A stretch of DNA of 62,637 nt, filler included. It is 10 parts of 10 records of this genome, joined end to end, with 100 filler letters (N's around TTAATTAATTAA, not from the genome) between each part and the next. Parts side by side here need not be neighbours in the genome. Positions count along the whole stretch, not along the records: positions 42,342 to 47,639 come from SRR15195285_1780; positions 47,740 to 51,230 come from SRR15195285_1782; positions 51,331 to 57,776 come from SRR15195285_1783; positions 57,877 to 62,637 come from SRR15195285_1793; 6 more parts are not named here. One strand, given 5' to 3'. The position numbers and the translations under genes are program-made. A model generated the notes under the pieces. That model did not search any database. It worked only from the letters and a program-made list of their open reading frames with translations, and had not been told where the DNA came from. Within the stretch, counting starts at the first letter, position 1. Each line of letters begins with the position of its first letter. Below, piece by piece: positions 47,284 to 58,378 of this stretch.

Positions 47284-47604
47284 TCGAGGGTGAATGAGAA
47301 AATGTTTTGCACCCGGCTAGGCTGCACGCGACTACGTCTGCAGTCAGATGTTTTGCTTGATTTCATTCTGTCTGCTTATGTTCCCTCCAGCCCTCGCTTC
47401 TTCGGTATCAGCGTGTTTTGGCCAACCGCAGCACACTGCGGACGCGCACACCAACGACCCGCTCCCACGCCGTCATTCAGTGAAGATGCAAGCACTTGCT
47501 CGGTTGGGTGGTGCACCGGATCTCTCGTGAACGGTAGCACAATACTGATATATCATTCCATAGGCCGGCGCTTGATTACGATTTACGGTACATGCACTCC
47601 GGCG

Positions 47605-47639
47605 CCACCTAAGACATACCCCGGGTATGTCTTAGGTGG
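47605..47639. repeat. Perfect inverted repeat (17-nt arms, 1-nt centre) at contig end
   Basis: ccacctaagacataccc-c-gggtatgtcttaggtgg. Confidence 0.9.
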
Positions 47640-47739
47640 NNNNNNNNNNNNNNNNNNNNNNNNNNNNNNNNNNNNNNNNNNNNTTAATTAATTAANNNNN
47701 NNNNNNNNNNNNNNNNNNNNNNNNNNNNNNNNNNNNNNN

Positions 47740-50235
47740 GAGCCGGAGCCGGAGCCGGAGCCAGAGCCGCAGCAGGAGAACTCGCCGTCGATCAACGCGT
47801 CGATGACGGCGCTGCGTTTCGCGGGCAAAGCCAAGCGCAAGATTCAGGCGAACGCGGATGAGCGGCGGATGAAGGGCCAGAACTCTCGCGACATGGTGTC
47901 AGTCCAGAAGCAGAAAGATATTGTGGAGCAGCAGCTGGGTGCTCTGGACCACACGATGGACCTGCACTCCATCATGACGACTCTGAGTGCGGCGCGATTC
48001 CTCAGCCAGAAGCATTTGGAGACGGACGTCGCGTCGAAGGCAATGCATGTGGAGCAGCGCTTGCGGGAGCAAGACCCCGAGCTCGGCCGGAAACTGGATC
48101 TGCGCAACTCGCCAGCCGTCAGATCACAAATCCGGCGCTTGTGGGATCTGCTGCTGGCTGAGTCGTCCGAGTTCTCTGGAGGGGATCCTGGTGTCTCGGC
48201 CTATGCCTACTACGAGCTACACTGCTGCATCAGCAAGGCGGTCTCGGACGAGGCGGAGTCTTGGTCGCTGGATGAAGCCGTCGAGATAGCAAAGGCGGAC
48301 TGGGTTGATGACGTGGCGAGGTTCAGCTCTGACTCGACCATCAACTCCTGGTTTGTGAAGGTCAAGCAGGCGATCGCGCGGAAAACTGACGAGATAGTAC
48401 AGCTGAAAGGCTGGCAGAGAGTCTTCAACAAGATCGATGTTGATGGCAGCGGCGGTCTTGACTTCGACGAATTCAGGCAGGCTGTTCGGTCAAGTGGGGT
48501 ACACCGTGGGATCACCGATGATTATGACCTGCAGATGGCATTCGAGTCTGCCGACACGAATTTCAGTGGCGAACTGGACGCAGAGGAGTTTGTGCGTTGG
48601 TTGCGGACGGTTGATAACAAAGAGCAGGAGCAGCAGGGTGAGTCTGGTGGTGTGGCGCGACGGCGCTCTAGGTCGACCGTGGCCCTGCTTGAGTGCGTCC
48701 GGGCTATCCGCAGGGCCTCTGCAGAGCAGGTCAGCGCGTATGGGTGGGCCGACCTCTTCGCCAGCTTCGATGTGGACGACAGTGGATCGTTGGAGTGTGC
48801 AGAGTTCATCATGGCGTTGCGTTCAAAGTGCGGGATGCGGCATAACGAGGTGGAGGACGATGATCTGCGGGAGGTGTTCAAAATCATCGACACTGACAGG
48901 AGCGGCAATATCTCTGCGAAGGAATTCTCGAAAGCATTGCAGAAAAACGAAACTGAGGGCTACACGATGACATACCAGGCGTTTGAGGGCAGTATGTTCG
49001 AGTTGGCTGATTACTGGTCCCATGGCACAATGGGACAAGATTATGTCGCCTTTTTCAAGGTATTGTTCCGGGTGATCGCAATTCCCCAGGACGGTGTGGA
49101 CGGCTATGACGCCCCTGTGCTAACGGGAGCACTCGGGGCTTCCACCTCGACCTCGTCTTCCAAGCCGAATTATCGGATCAAAGGACCGGAGTCGGTCAAA
49201 GCGTCGGTTACAAACGGTCGGTTCGATCTTGGCGATCTGACCCCTCCGCATGAGCAACGAGCTCAGGCAGCAGTCAAAATTCAAGCGGCAGCCCGAGGCT
49301 CAAAAGTACGAAAGCAGAACAAGAAACAGAAGAAGAAGAGACGGAAGGAAGAGAAGAAGTCGAAGAAATTACGGCCGTCATCGCAAAGGAACAAGCAGCG
49401 CATAGGCGGTGGGGATCCGCGTACAGATCGTGGGGATCCACCTGTCGAAGACTACGATGACAAACTTTCGTCCTTGCGTGGCTGGGAAAGCAGCGATACC
49501 GATCGGAGCTCGGTGCCAGCAACCCCTCCAATCCATGGTCACACAGCGTTGGACAACGTACTTCTGTCGAAGCCGGCGTCACCGCCAGCACTGCCAGCGC
49601 AATCACTATCGACAGCGCCGGACGCTCCCGCAACCGCTCCGCTGACACGATTGCCACCTGCACGGCCGGCAGAACTATCGCCGGCATTGCCGCGAGCGCT
49701 GGTGCCGACGTCGACTGAGCGCGCAGAACCTCAACCACAAGCGCTACCCTCAGCACCGCAGCGCCGTCCCAAACTGTCGAAACTACCGGAACCAACTCCG
49801 CCAAGACAGCAGGAGCAAGCCAGACCAATGACAAAGTTGTGCTGCAGGCGCTACGGTCCACCAGTGCAATTCATGCTGCATCACCCCCCCCGCCAGCCAA
49901 TCAAGCATGGGCCGTCAAATCCTCTGTCGTTCCACCAATGGATACCTGCAATCCCGATGGCACCACAGTCTCTGAAAAGACAGCCTTCGCCTCGGACAGT
50001 AGCGGGCGGTCTGTGGAGCACTCGCCACTCGAAGCGTGCAACTGGTGCCGTTGCGATGCAGCGAGCTTCTACCGCCTCTTGGCCAGGTTCCCACGATTTC
50101 TCGGGTTTCAGAACGACGCGGTCGGCTGGACAACGAAGCCGCATCAGTGGCCATGTATACAACGTTCAGGGGGTTGACTTAGCATGCAGCTACGCGAACG
50201 GAAAGGTGTACAAATCTTCACGGGGCGCTCTGTAG
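47740..50235 (+). CDS. Ca2+-binding protein with four EF-hands, an IQ motif, a basic stretch and a Pro-rich tail; 5' end probably in gap
   Basis: DVDGSGGLDFDEF, DTNFSGELDAEEF, DVDDSGSLECAEF, DTDRSGNISAKEF; IQ motif AAVKIQAAARGSKVRK; begins in an EPEPEP repeat at the contig start. Confidence 0.82.
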   Translation, partial: EPEPEPEPEPQQENSPSINASMTALRFAGKAKRKIQANADERRMKGQNSRDMVSVQKQKDIVEQQLGALDHTMDLHSIMTTLSAARFLSQKHLETDVASKAMHVEQRLREQDPELGRKLDLRNSPAVRSQIRRLWDLLLAESSEFSGGDPGVSAYAYYELHCCISKAVSDEAESWSLDEAVEIAKADWVDDVARFSSDSTINSWFVKVKQAIARKTDEIVQLKGWQRVFNKIDVDGSGGLDFDEFRQAVRSSGVHRGITDDYDLQMAFESADTNFSGELDAEEFVRWLRTVDNKEQEQQGESGGVARRRSRSTVALLECVRAIRRASAEQVSAYGWADLFASFDVDDSGSLECAEFIMALRSKCGMRHNEVEDDDLREVFKIIDTDRSGNISAKEFSKALQKNETEGYTMTYQAFEGSMFELADYWSHGTMGQDYVAFFKVLFRVIAIPQDGVDGYDAPVLTGALGASTSTSSSKPNYRIKGPESVKASVTNGRFDLGDLTPPHEQRAQAAVKIQAAARGSKVRKQNKKQKKKRRKEEKKSKKLRPSSQRNKQRIGGGDPRTDRGDPPVEDYDDKLSSLRGWESSDTDRSSVPATPPIHGHTALDNVLLSKPASPPALPAQSLSTAPDAPATAPLTRLPPARPAELSPALPRALVPTSTERAEPQPQALPSAPQRRPKLSKLPEPTPPRQQEQARPMTKLCCRRYGPPVQFMLHHPPRQPIKHGPSNPLSFHQWIPAIPMAPQSLKRQPSPRTVAGGLWSTRHSKRATGAVAMQRASTASWPGSHDFSGFRTTRSAGQRSRISGHVYNVQGVDLACSYANGKVYKSSRGAL

Positions 50236-50532
50236 CAGCAGCAACAGCAACCGCAGCAGCACCAACCGCAGCAGCAGCAGTAATCGCAGCAACTGCCGCG
50301 AAAAAGGTTACAGTAACTAACTAAAATGAGGGAGGGTACATAATAAAGCACTTTGCTGAGGATATGTACAATGTTGCAGACAATGAATGAGGATACAATG
50401 TAAAAGAAAAAGCACCCAGTAAAACTGTCATTTTTGTTTGGGCTATTGTTTACTCAGCTAGAGCCCTCGTCCGTGGCATTAGTTTCCACGTGTAGCCTCG
50501 CCTCGCATACAGTCGCTCCTACACAATCGGTT

Positions 50533-50566
50533 TAACACTGGGCATGAGGCCTTATGCCCAGTGTTA
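50533..50566. repeat. 34-nt near-perfect palindrome flanked by TA
   Basis: taacactgggcatgaggccttatgcccagtgtta, one mismatched pair. Confidence 0.88.
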
Positions 50567-50914
50567 GTTCTGTTGTGCGCTTGGGTGCGATGATGATAGT
50601 GAAAGTGACGACGAAACAAGCATAATGATTGTATACATAATGAAAGCTACGCACTACACCATAGTATGCCCGGTTTACTACCTACACCAGTATGCCCGGG
50701 TGGGTTGTATAAATATATGCACTGGTGACACACAGGTGCGCATCGATCCAAGCCGAGAATACTCTCGTTCTTTCGTGAGTTCTTGTACTTCGTGTTTTGT
50801 TGCGCATCTTCATTCACAAGCCCAACAGGGCACACTCCACTCGATCAAGTGCTTCGTCTGCCACTAGCGCGTACCATACGTTCTAACGTGGCCACGAGCA
50901 CCACTACTTTCTTT

Positions 50915-51452
50915 TTACATCGGTGTCATCACCTTGCGCTTTTTGCGCGCTGGATCTTGTGCAGCAAACGTTGCAGGGACGCCACACCAGTAGTGGTATC
51001 GACACGCAAATCCTTCCACTATAGCATCGCGCGAAACGCTAGCTCCAATCAGCTCCACCACATCTGTCGATAGCGCTGACAAACTCGAAAAGCCGTTAGT
51101 GGGCTGACCAGGTAGCAAGCAAGAAGCCAAGGCCAAGCGAAGCATCGAGGCTGCAAGCATCACATCTGTACTGCGTATGGCCAGCAACGCATCGTGCCGT
51201 TGCAGCGATTCGGACGCAAACTCCAGCGCGNNNNNNNNNNNNNNNNNNNNNNNNNNNNNNNNNNNNNNNNNNNNTTAATTAATTAANNNNNNNNNNNNNN
51301 NNNNNNNNNNNNNNNNNNNNNNNNNNNNNNACGAACTCGCGGTCGCCCAAGAGCTCAGCTGTAGCATACTTCAGGACATCGGCGTTCTGTCCCACACAGT
51401 CTATCAATCGTTGCTTTTCTAGCCCCGACATCGGCTCGCCAGTAGAGCTCAT
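50915..51452 (-). CDS. DUF4116-repeat protein spanning the assembly gap
   Basis: 5' piece MSSTGEP..CVGQNADVLKYATAELLGDREFV (51452-51331) and 3' piece ALEFASESLQ...RKKRKVMTPM* (51230-50915) both carry AL.YAS.EL..D.E.V-type repeats. Confidence 0.65.
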
Positions 51453-52746
51453 CGATTCGAAAATCCTCCTCCTGGCCGGCCACGGTGGCGCTGCCGGTGC
51501 TGGCGTGCGTGGCGTGCGTGGCGTGCATGCGCGTGCAGTATCCTAGAGGGGTATGTACTGGAAATTGGTATCATTCTGCTATTCACCCTGATTGAGGGAT
51601 TCACTCAAGTCCGTCGTTCGGCATGTGAGAATCGACGTCGCCGGGACGCACTGAGAAATTGCGCTCCTGCAGGACCGGTGAATTTTCATAAGGATATTCA
51701 ACACAGACTGCAAAAAGACGCCTGATTTTCGGCCGATTCCGTTTTACAATCAACACAATTTATCGACGTGTAGCATCGTCATCGACACACCGGATTCTGT
51801 CGAGAGACGCTGCTGACGGGACGCTGACGGCTGACTGCCGGCTGTGTGACCTCACCACCAGTGCCATCTCAGCAACTCTTCCGTACGTACCGTACTACTA
51901 TAAACTACTACTATTGATAGACTCTACTACAATAGGAATTCCTAGCTACTACACGTACAGCCTACTATTCAGTACTTTTCAGTACAGAAAGTGGGAAAGT
52001 GGAGAGGACTGTGGCACTTCATCCGCCGAACATCTCTCCTCCCGGTATGCGGAACGTACTCCAGAGTACGCGAACTTGCGAGGCGCGCGGTGCGAAATCA
52101 AGAGCGATTGACCAACTGAGCGAATTCCCTAGTGTATGACGCAGAATTCCTCACCTCCGCCGCCTCGGCAAACCCCTTGGTACGCAATTCGACGGAGCAG
52201 CGCCATTCATCGCTACGGAGAAGACAGTAAGCAATCCCTATTTCGCCAAGAGTACGCTGGGATACAAGCCGGTCCGATCAATTCAACAAAATCCGGAACA
52301 ATGCTGATTCTGTGAATGCTAAGCGATAAATACGCAGCGACTCGAGGTGGTCTGCGCTCCCTATGCAATTTCTGAGTCATTTCTCCTTACCTCGAGCGAA
52401 TCCAAAGATGCAACTTCCGTGCCGTACAGTCAGTGAAAATACCACCAAATTCATTTGTTCAATGGAGAAAACAACACATGATGTATTCAGCGCTTTGCTT
52501 GCTTCCATGCTGGCGACTTCGGCAGAATTCCCAGCGATCCACCGCCTCAGTTCACGCGCTCTCAATCCCATTACACTACACTACACGGTAAATACAATTG
52601 TATATGAACTATCCACAGTGTGTTTGTTGATAAAGGGGATTTGCCACAGTTTGGTCTGTGGAAAGTGCGGCGGAAAATGCCATTGGGTCACTTCGCTCCC
52701 CGGACGTAACACAGAGCGCTCGTTCCCTCCTTACGACACGCTGCAA

Positions 52747-55493
52747 ATGATGCTTGCGAAGTGCGTCGCTGCGCTGGCGATGGCCGAGATGGCGGCCGCC
52801 ATGGTGCCGGAATCGCTCCTGGCCCTGCAGGCTGGTGGCCGTCGGTGAGTACCCAGAGTAGAGTCAGCTTCGCTGCAGAGGGTCAATGGCAGCACGCCGC
52901 CTCAGTCCTCACCCCGCGAGGGTGGGGGTGCGGCCCGCTGCGCCCGCTGCGCCTGCTGCGCCTGCCCGATGGTGATCCACGTATGCTGACCCGCGTGCGT
53001 GGGATTGTCTGTGGGCGCAGCCTTCAGCGCCAGGGTGCCGCCGACTCAAACGTCTGCGGCCCGGCCACGGTCCTCAGCCGCCAGTCAGGTACCATTCACG
53101 ACGACGCCACGGATGAGGCCATTGACTGCACCCAGGGCGGGTGCAACGGCGCGGACACCGGAGCCAATGGCTACGGGGACAACCTCGACTGCACGAAGAC
53201 CATCCAGGCCCCCGCCGACACGCTGATCACCCTCGACTTCTCACACATCGCACTCGAGTCCGGCGACGCCTGTGGCGGCGCCAACGGCGGAGTCGGCTGC
53301 GATGTCGTCACCGTGTACGACGGCCCAGACTCCAGCTCTCCGGTTCTCGGCAGCTTCAGCGGCAATGAGGTCCCGGAGCGCCTCCAGAGCACTGGACAGA
53401 CAATGACCGTTCGCTTCCAGACCGACACTGGCAATTATGGCCTCAGCCAGGCTGGTGTCTCCGACGACCCTGGCTTCTACGCTGACTGTGCGCCCAGCCC
53501 GGCTGCTTGATCCCCCTGCCGAATTCTTCTCGGTGCATTAGCGCTGCCGAGCCACTACAGTTCTGTTCAGGATCGCTGCCGACTGACCGTCTGCATTCTC
53601 GCGCGCGGCACAGGGCATTTCATTGACGTCCTGCCGCTGAACGGCGACGGTATCTGCCCTGCTCCGGCTGAGTACACGACCTCGCACGGCACCATTCGCG
53701 ACGACGAGCACACCGGTGTGAACTGCCAGGCCAATGCGCAGCAGTGGGGCACGTCCACACAGTGTGGAATGGCTGGCAGCAACGCCGGCTACGCCGACAA
53801 CACTGCGTGCTACACGACCATCCGCGCCCCTCACGACCAGCAGGTCCGGTTCACATTCACACAGATGAACCTTGAGCTCACTGGCTGCAACGCCGGCGCG
53901 CCCAATGGTGGCTGCCCGGACGGCGGCTGCGACTACGTTGAGCTTCGCGATGGCCTGACTCCTGACTCGCCAGTCATCGGCCGCTATTCCGGTGCTCTTT
54001 CTGGCGCTGACCTGCCGTCGGTCGTCTCCTCTGGCAACGGCCTGTACGTCCTGTTCCGCACGGACGCTGGCAACTGTGGGATCACCGGCAGCGAAGACCC
54101 AGGTTTCTTTGCCGACTGGGATTTTGTTGAAAACGGTCAAAACATCTGCGACCCGGACTCGGGTGTGCTCCGAGCGCAGCACGGTGTTCTCCGCGACGAC
54201 GACACTGTGCAGCAGGGCGCATACGGCACCACACCCGGCTCTGCGGGCTACCTTGACAACGCCGACTGTGGTGTGCGCATTCGCGGCGGCGCCCACTCGA
54301 CTATCAACTTCCACCTGGTCCAGATGAACCTCGAGGGTGATGGAAATGGCATCTGTGACCCTGCCCACCCACAGTACATTGGTCACTCTTGCGATGAGAA
54401 CGGTGGTGACTTCCTCGAGATTTACGATGGTCGCGACGCCACCGCGCCGCTGCTTGCTCGCGTCAACGGCCAGCCGACTGACCAGGTCCTGCTGCAGGAC
54501 TCCTTCACTTCTACTGGCCGTGATATGTACATCCACTTCACCACCGACTCTGGTAACTACGGTCTGACTGGCACCACCGCAACTCCGGGATTCTACGGTG
54601 AGTGGGAGATCATTACGGACGGTGCTGATTGTGACACTGGCTTTACTTCACAGGCAGGCATGGCTCTAGTCGGCCACAACAACGAAGCTATCCAGGGAAC
54701 TCCCGATGAATGCATTCAAGCCTGCTGCGCCCGACCGTGGTGCAAGTCCTTCGACTACATCCAGTCCACTGATACGCTTGATGCCGGCGAGTATGACGGC
54801 ACCTGCAATCTTGCTGATATCAACGCCGTCACCATGATGGGCACCACGGTTGCAAACCCGTACAATACACTGTATGAGAAGCCGGCATCTGTCACTCCGG
54901 GTGCTACTGCCGGCCCCATTGGCGTCGATGGCTGCACCTCGATGCTGAGCGACATCTCTCAACGCGTGAACCACGTCTGCTGCCCGCACGGTGGCTGCAG
55001 CAACGGCGTTCCGAACACCTGCGGTGAGGACTGCGCTGCGATCTGGATGCCCTTTGCGCTCCAGTGCTCTGAGTGGATCAAGAGTGCGTCAGACTCTGTC
55101 GGCGCCCTGGCTGAAATCACCGATAAATGTGAGCGCGAAGAGTACGGCCGCTACAAGCCGGGCAAGACCCATGGCCGCTGCGCTGACAGTGACATTCAAG
55201 AGTACTACAGCCAGTTCGCCCCAGCCTGCTGCGGCCCGAACGCTCAGTACTGCCCAGGCTTGGATCCATCTACCCCGTCCCTGGTCCTACCGACAAGCAA
55301 TGGCCAGCCGATCTGCACGCCGGAGTGCGCAACGTTCGTTGAGGAGTTCAACTCGGAGTGCCACCCGCGCCTTGAGGCGGGCGATGGGGCTGATGCGCGC
55401 ACCATGAACAGCTTCCTTGCAGTATGCCAGGGCGTCCCAGCTGCTGGCGGTGGCCATCGCCGTACCATGGACAACGAAGACATTGTTGTCTAG
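52747..55493 (+). CDS. Secreted protein with 3 CUB domains, a PAN/Apple domain and two Cys-rich repeats, 3 exons
   Basis: Signal peptide; three CUB units (Y.DN.DC...I.AP..L.F....LE..CD.V..YDG...S.G..M.V.F.TD..GF); PAN: ECIQACCARPWCKSFDY..CNL. Confidence 0.88.
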
Positions 55494-55935
55494 ATTGGTC
55501 GTAAATCTAGCTAAGCAAATATGTTGGTACAAGTAGATTAATGAGTTGGCCTGCATCTGTCGGTCACGATTCAAGAATTCCATCGGCCAGAACCCGGCTT
55601 CCGGGAGGCGCAAAAATAATGAATCGTTCATCGTAGACGGCCGAATTTGTTGCTCTTCCTCCTGCAATGACCGTACAAACAGTCTACTCTACACTACTCT
55701 GAGTACCACGCACCATACGCTCTACTATACGAGTGTACCATCAGTATAGTGCTACTGACGGCTACTAGTGCCATGCTCACAGTGAATCCGCGATTCCTGA
55801 ATTCACTGCACGCATAACAATGGCTGAGCGGAGATGCGAGCAGGCATGTCTCGAATGTTGCGAAGGTTGCAAAGGGTGTAGCGCAGGATCTTGTGGTTCC
55901 TATCAACCAAATGCATTTGGTCCCCCACTGCACGC

Positions 55936-57597
55936 TCACTTGTGCTCGACTTCAACTAAAGGCATTCCCCACGCTTGGTAACCCATTGCTATTGCCACTT
56001 TCGCTAAACCCTCCGTCTCAACCGCGTGCTGGAACGGAAATGGCGGAAAGAGCACCTGCGTTCGTCGCAGCGCAAGAATCAATTCATGTGCAGCTGCGGG
56101 AAGACCGAGCGGACGAAACACAAACACACATAGAGGCAGAGAGAGACAGAGAGAGACAGAGAGAATGATGGTGGGGTCATCGTTTTTTGGCTCACGCCCT
56201 CCATATGCAACGCGGAGCGGATGAGAATGGCCGCGCCACCGACGCCGTCAAGAGGCACCACCTGCTCATTTCGTCCAGTCAAACCGTATGGCTCAGTTTG
56301 AAGGATACCGCATCAAGCATTGGTGAGTGTGCGCACACATGACATGGAAGTAGAGATGTGGAGTGCATAGTCACTCACCTTCTTGCCTCCATCTTGAAGC
56401 GCCTCCTTGCGCAGCTCTGTCATGTGCTTGCGATGTGTTGGACGGCCCGCATAACTGCAGCAGGAAACACATAACATGGGCGATAGTCAGTCAAGGATAC
56501 ACAGCTTCGTGCAAACACGAATATGAGGGTACGGAATGCGCTAGGTACCCTTCAAACAGCACCTCGTCGCCGTGCATTCCATCCTGCAGCTGCAATGAAG
56601 CCTCGGTTTCCTGCCACGAGTTTAGGTCAAACGTCTGCCCTTTGTCTACGACGCAGTGCGGCACGACGAAGTCTTTCCCTGAACCCTGCAGCTGCTGGAT
56701 CAGACCTGGAGGATATGACCACAAGTCCGCATCAAGCCAAAGCACCCACTCCTCGTCACGGAGCGCAGTAACGACCAGATGGTTGCGGAGCCGAGCGAGA
56801 TGCGAGCGCCGACTTAGCTGATGTACGTGTCTGTGCCGCTCCTCCTTGCCCCCAGGTACTGTATATCCCCAATCTTTCTGCAGCAGCATCAGCCGCCGGT
56901 AGCCCGTCCCCTTTAGCTGAGCCATTGACTTTTGCAATTCAGCGTAAGTGTTGTCCGTCGAATCGCCCTCAAGCACTGCCAGCGAGATGAGGTCTTTCGG
57001 ATAATCAAGCTGGGACAGCAGACGGAAATATCGATCCATCGCCATCTCACCCTTGGATTGATGAGCACGATTGTGCATCGGCGAGAGGATCAGCACGGTA
57101 CCATTCAGTCCCTTTGCTGCACAGCCCGGCAGACCCATCTGCCCGCCTCGCGCCTCCTCGCCATTTTCGTCGTCGCCGTCGTCGTCGTCTTGATTCCCGC
57201 CTGGCTGGCCCACACTCTGGGCTACATCAAACTGCTCGAAGCCATCCGAGTCCAGCGTTTGCGTCTGCGCGGAGCGACAGAGGCCCCAGTCCAGCGTCTC
57301 GTAGCGCGGAAGGGCACCGGCGTCCTCGAGGATAAGGAACGACCCGCCCTCTGCGGCTTCCGTGCGCAGTGGGAGCGGCACGACAGCGGGGCTCGGCGCA
57401 ACTGCCGGCGGCCGGTGCCCGCCACTCCCGACGCCATCGGGCTCCGCACTGGGCTGAGCGGCCGTCGGCATCCTCTCATCCTCCCCGAACAGGTAATTGT
57501 GTGCTGCTTTGACGTGCCGTGCGGTGCGAGTGATCCCCGCCCCGAACATGAGCCCGATGGCGAACGCGGTCAGCACCATCTGGGTGAGGGAACGCAT
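55936..57597 (-). CDS. Anp1/Mnn9/Van1-family (GT62) type II membrane glycosyltransferase, 4 exons
   Basis: N-terminal TM; LSQLDYPKDLISLAVLEGDSTDNT, RRSHLARLRNHL, WVLWLDAD (DxD), FDLNSW, VPLDGVGG, VETEGLAK. Confidence 0.88.
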
Positions 57598-58378
57598 CCT
57601 GAGCACTGCGCTGCTGCAGCGATATACGCGAGGCGGGGCGGGCCTGCCGGTCGATCTGTGGTGTGCTTCTTAGCTCTTTGCGTGTAGCGTCTTGTCGCTG
57701 CAGTCAATCTAATGCCGCAGCCGCTTCGCAACGACAGGGAAGGTTCTGCCTATCGCCCACACTGTCTCATACACTGNNNNNNNNNNNNNNNNNNNNNNNN
57801 NNNNNNNNNNNNNNNNNNNNTTAATTAATTAANNNNNNNNNNNNNNNNNNNNNNNNNNNNNNNNNNNNNNNNNNNNGCGGGGTCGGGGAGGAGCCGTGTC
57901 GGCTGGCGTTGGCAGCCGCGTTTGTCGGCGCTACGCAACTTTAAACTTGCGATCGACCAGATTCGAGACTTGAACGCAGGGAGGTGTTGCTAGCTGATTG
58001 GCAAGAGAACACCGTGCAGAGAACACCGTGTTGAGTTTACAGCTGTCTCGAATTCATGCATGTAGTTGAATCTAATGACCGAGAAAGGTGTAAACTCAAA
58101 GGTCCACTTCGCAGCTCCAAATTGATTAGGCGTCTCTCCTCGCTTTGTGCACTATCGTTGCTCCCAGCGTAGCCAACATCCACCACCTAGCCTATCGCCC
58201 TGCGCAGTGCCAGCGTGGTAGTGGGTTAATGCGTCGCCCGCGGGCGCGTTGATCTAGCTACAGCCGAAACGACGAGAGTTGAAGAATATATTGTCTGACA
58301 CTGGCGTTTTCGATTTTGAGGACGCTCGGAACACGGGGTAGTGCAATGCCAACACCAAGGGATACGTGGTAGCTAGCG

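Noticed and set aside
51500-52740. 1.2-kb gene-free region as a possible ncRNA or mobile element
   Set aside because: No tRNA/rRNA fold, terminal repeats or transposase remnant recognised; consistent with divergent promoter/UTR sequence
53538-54536. Long antisense ORFs opposite real genes (e.g. 332 aa here, 56932-57687, 3767-4456)
   Set aside because: Shadow ORFs caused by high GC and codon bias; no recognisable motifs
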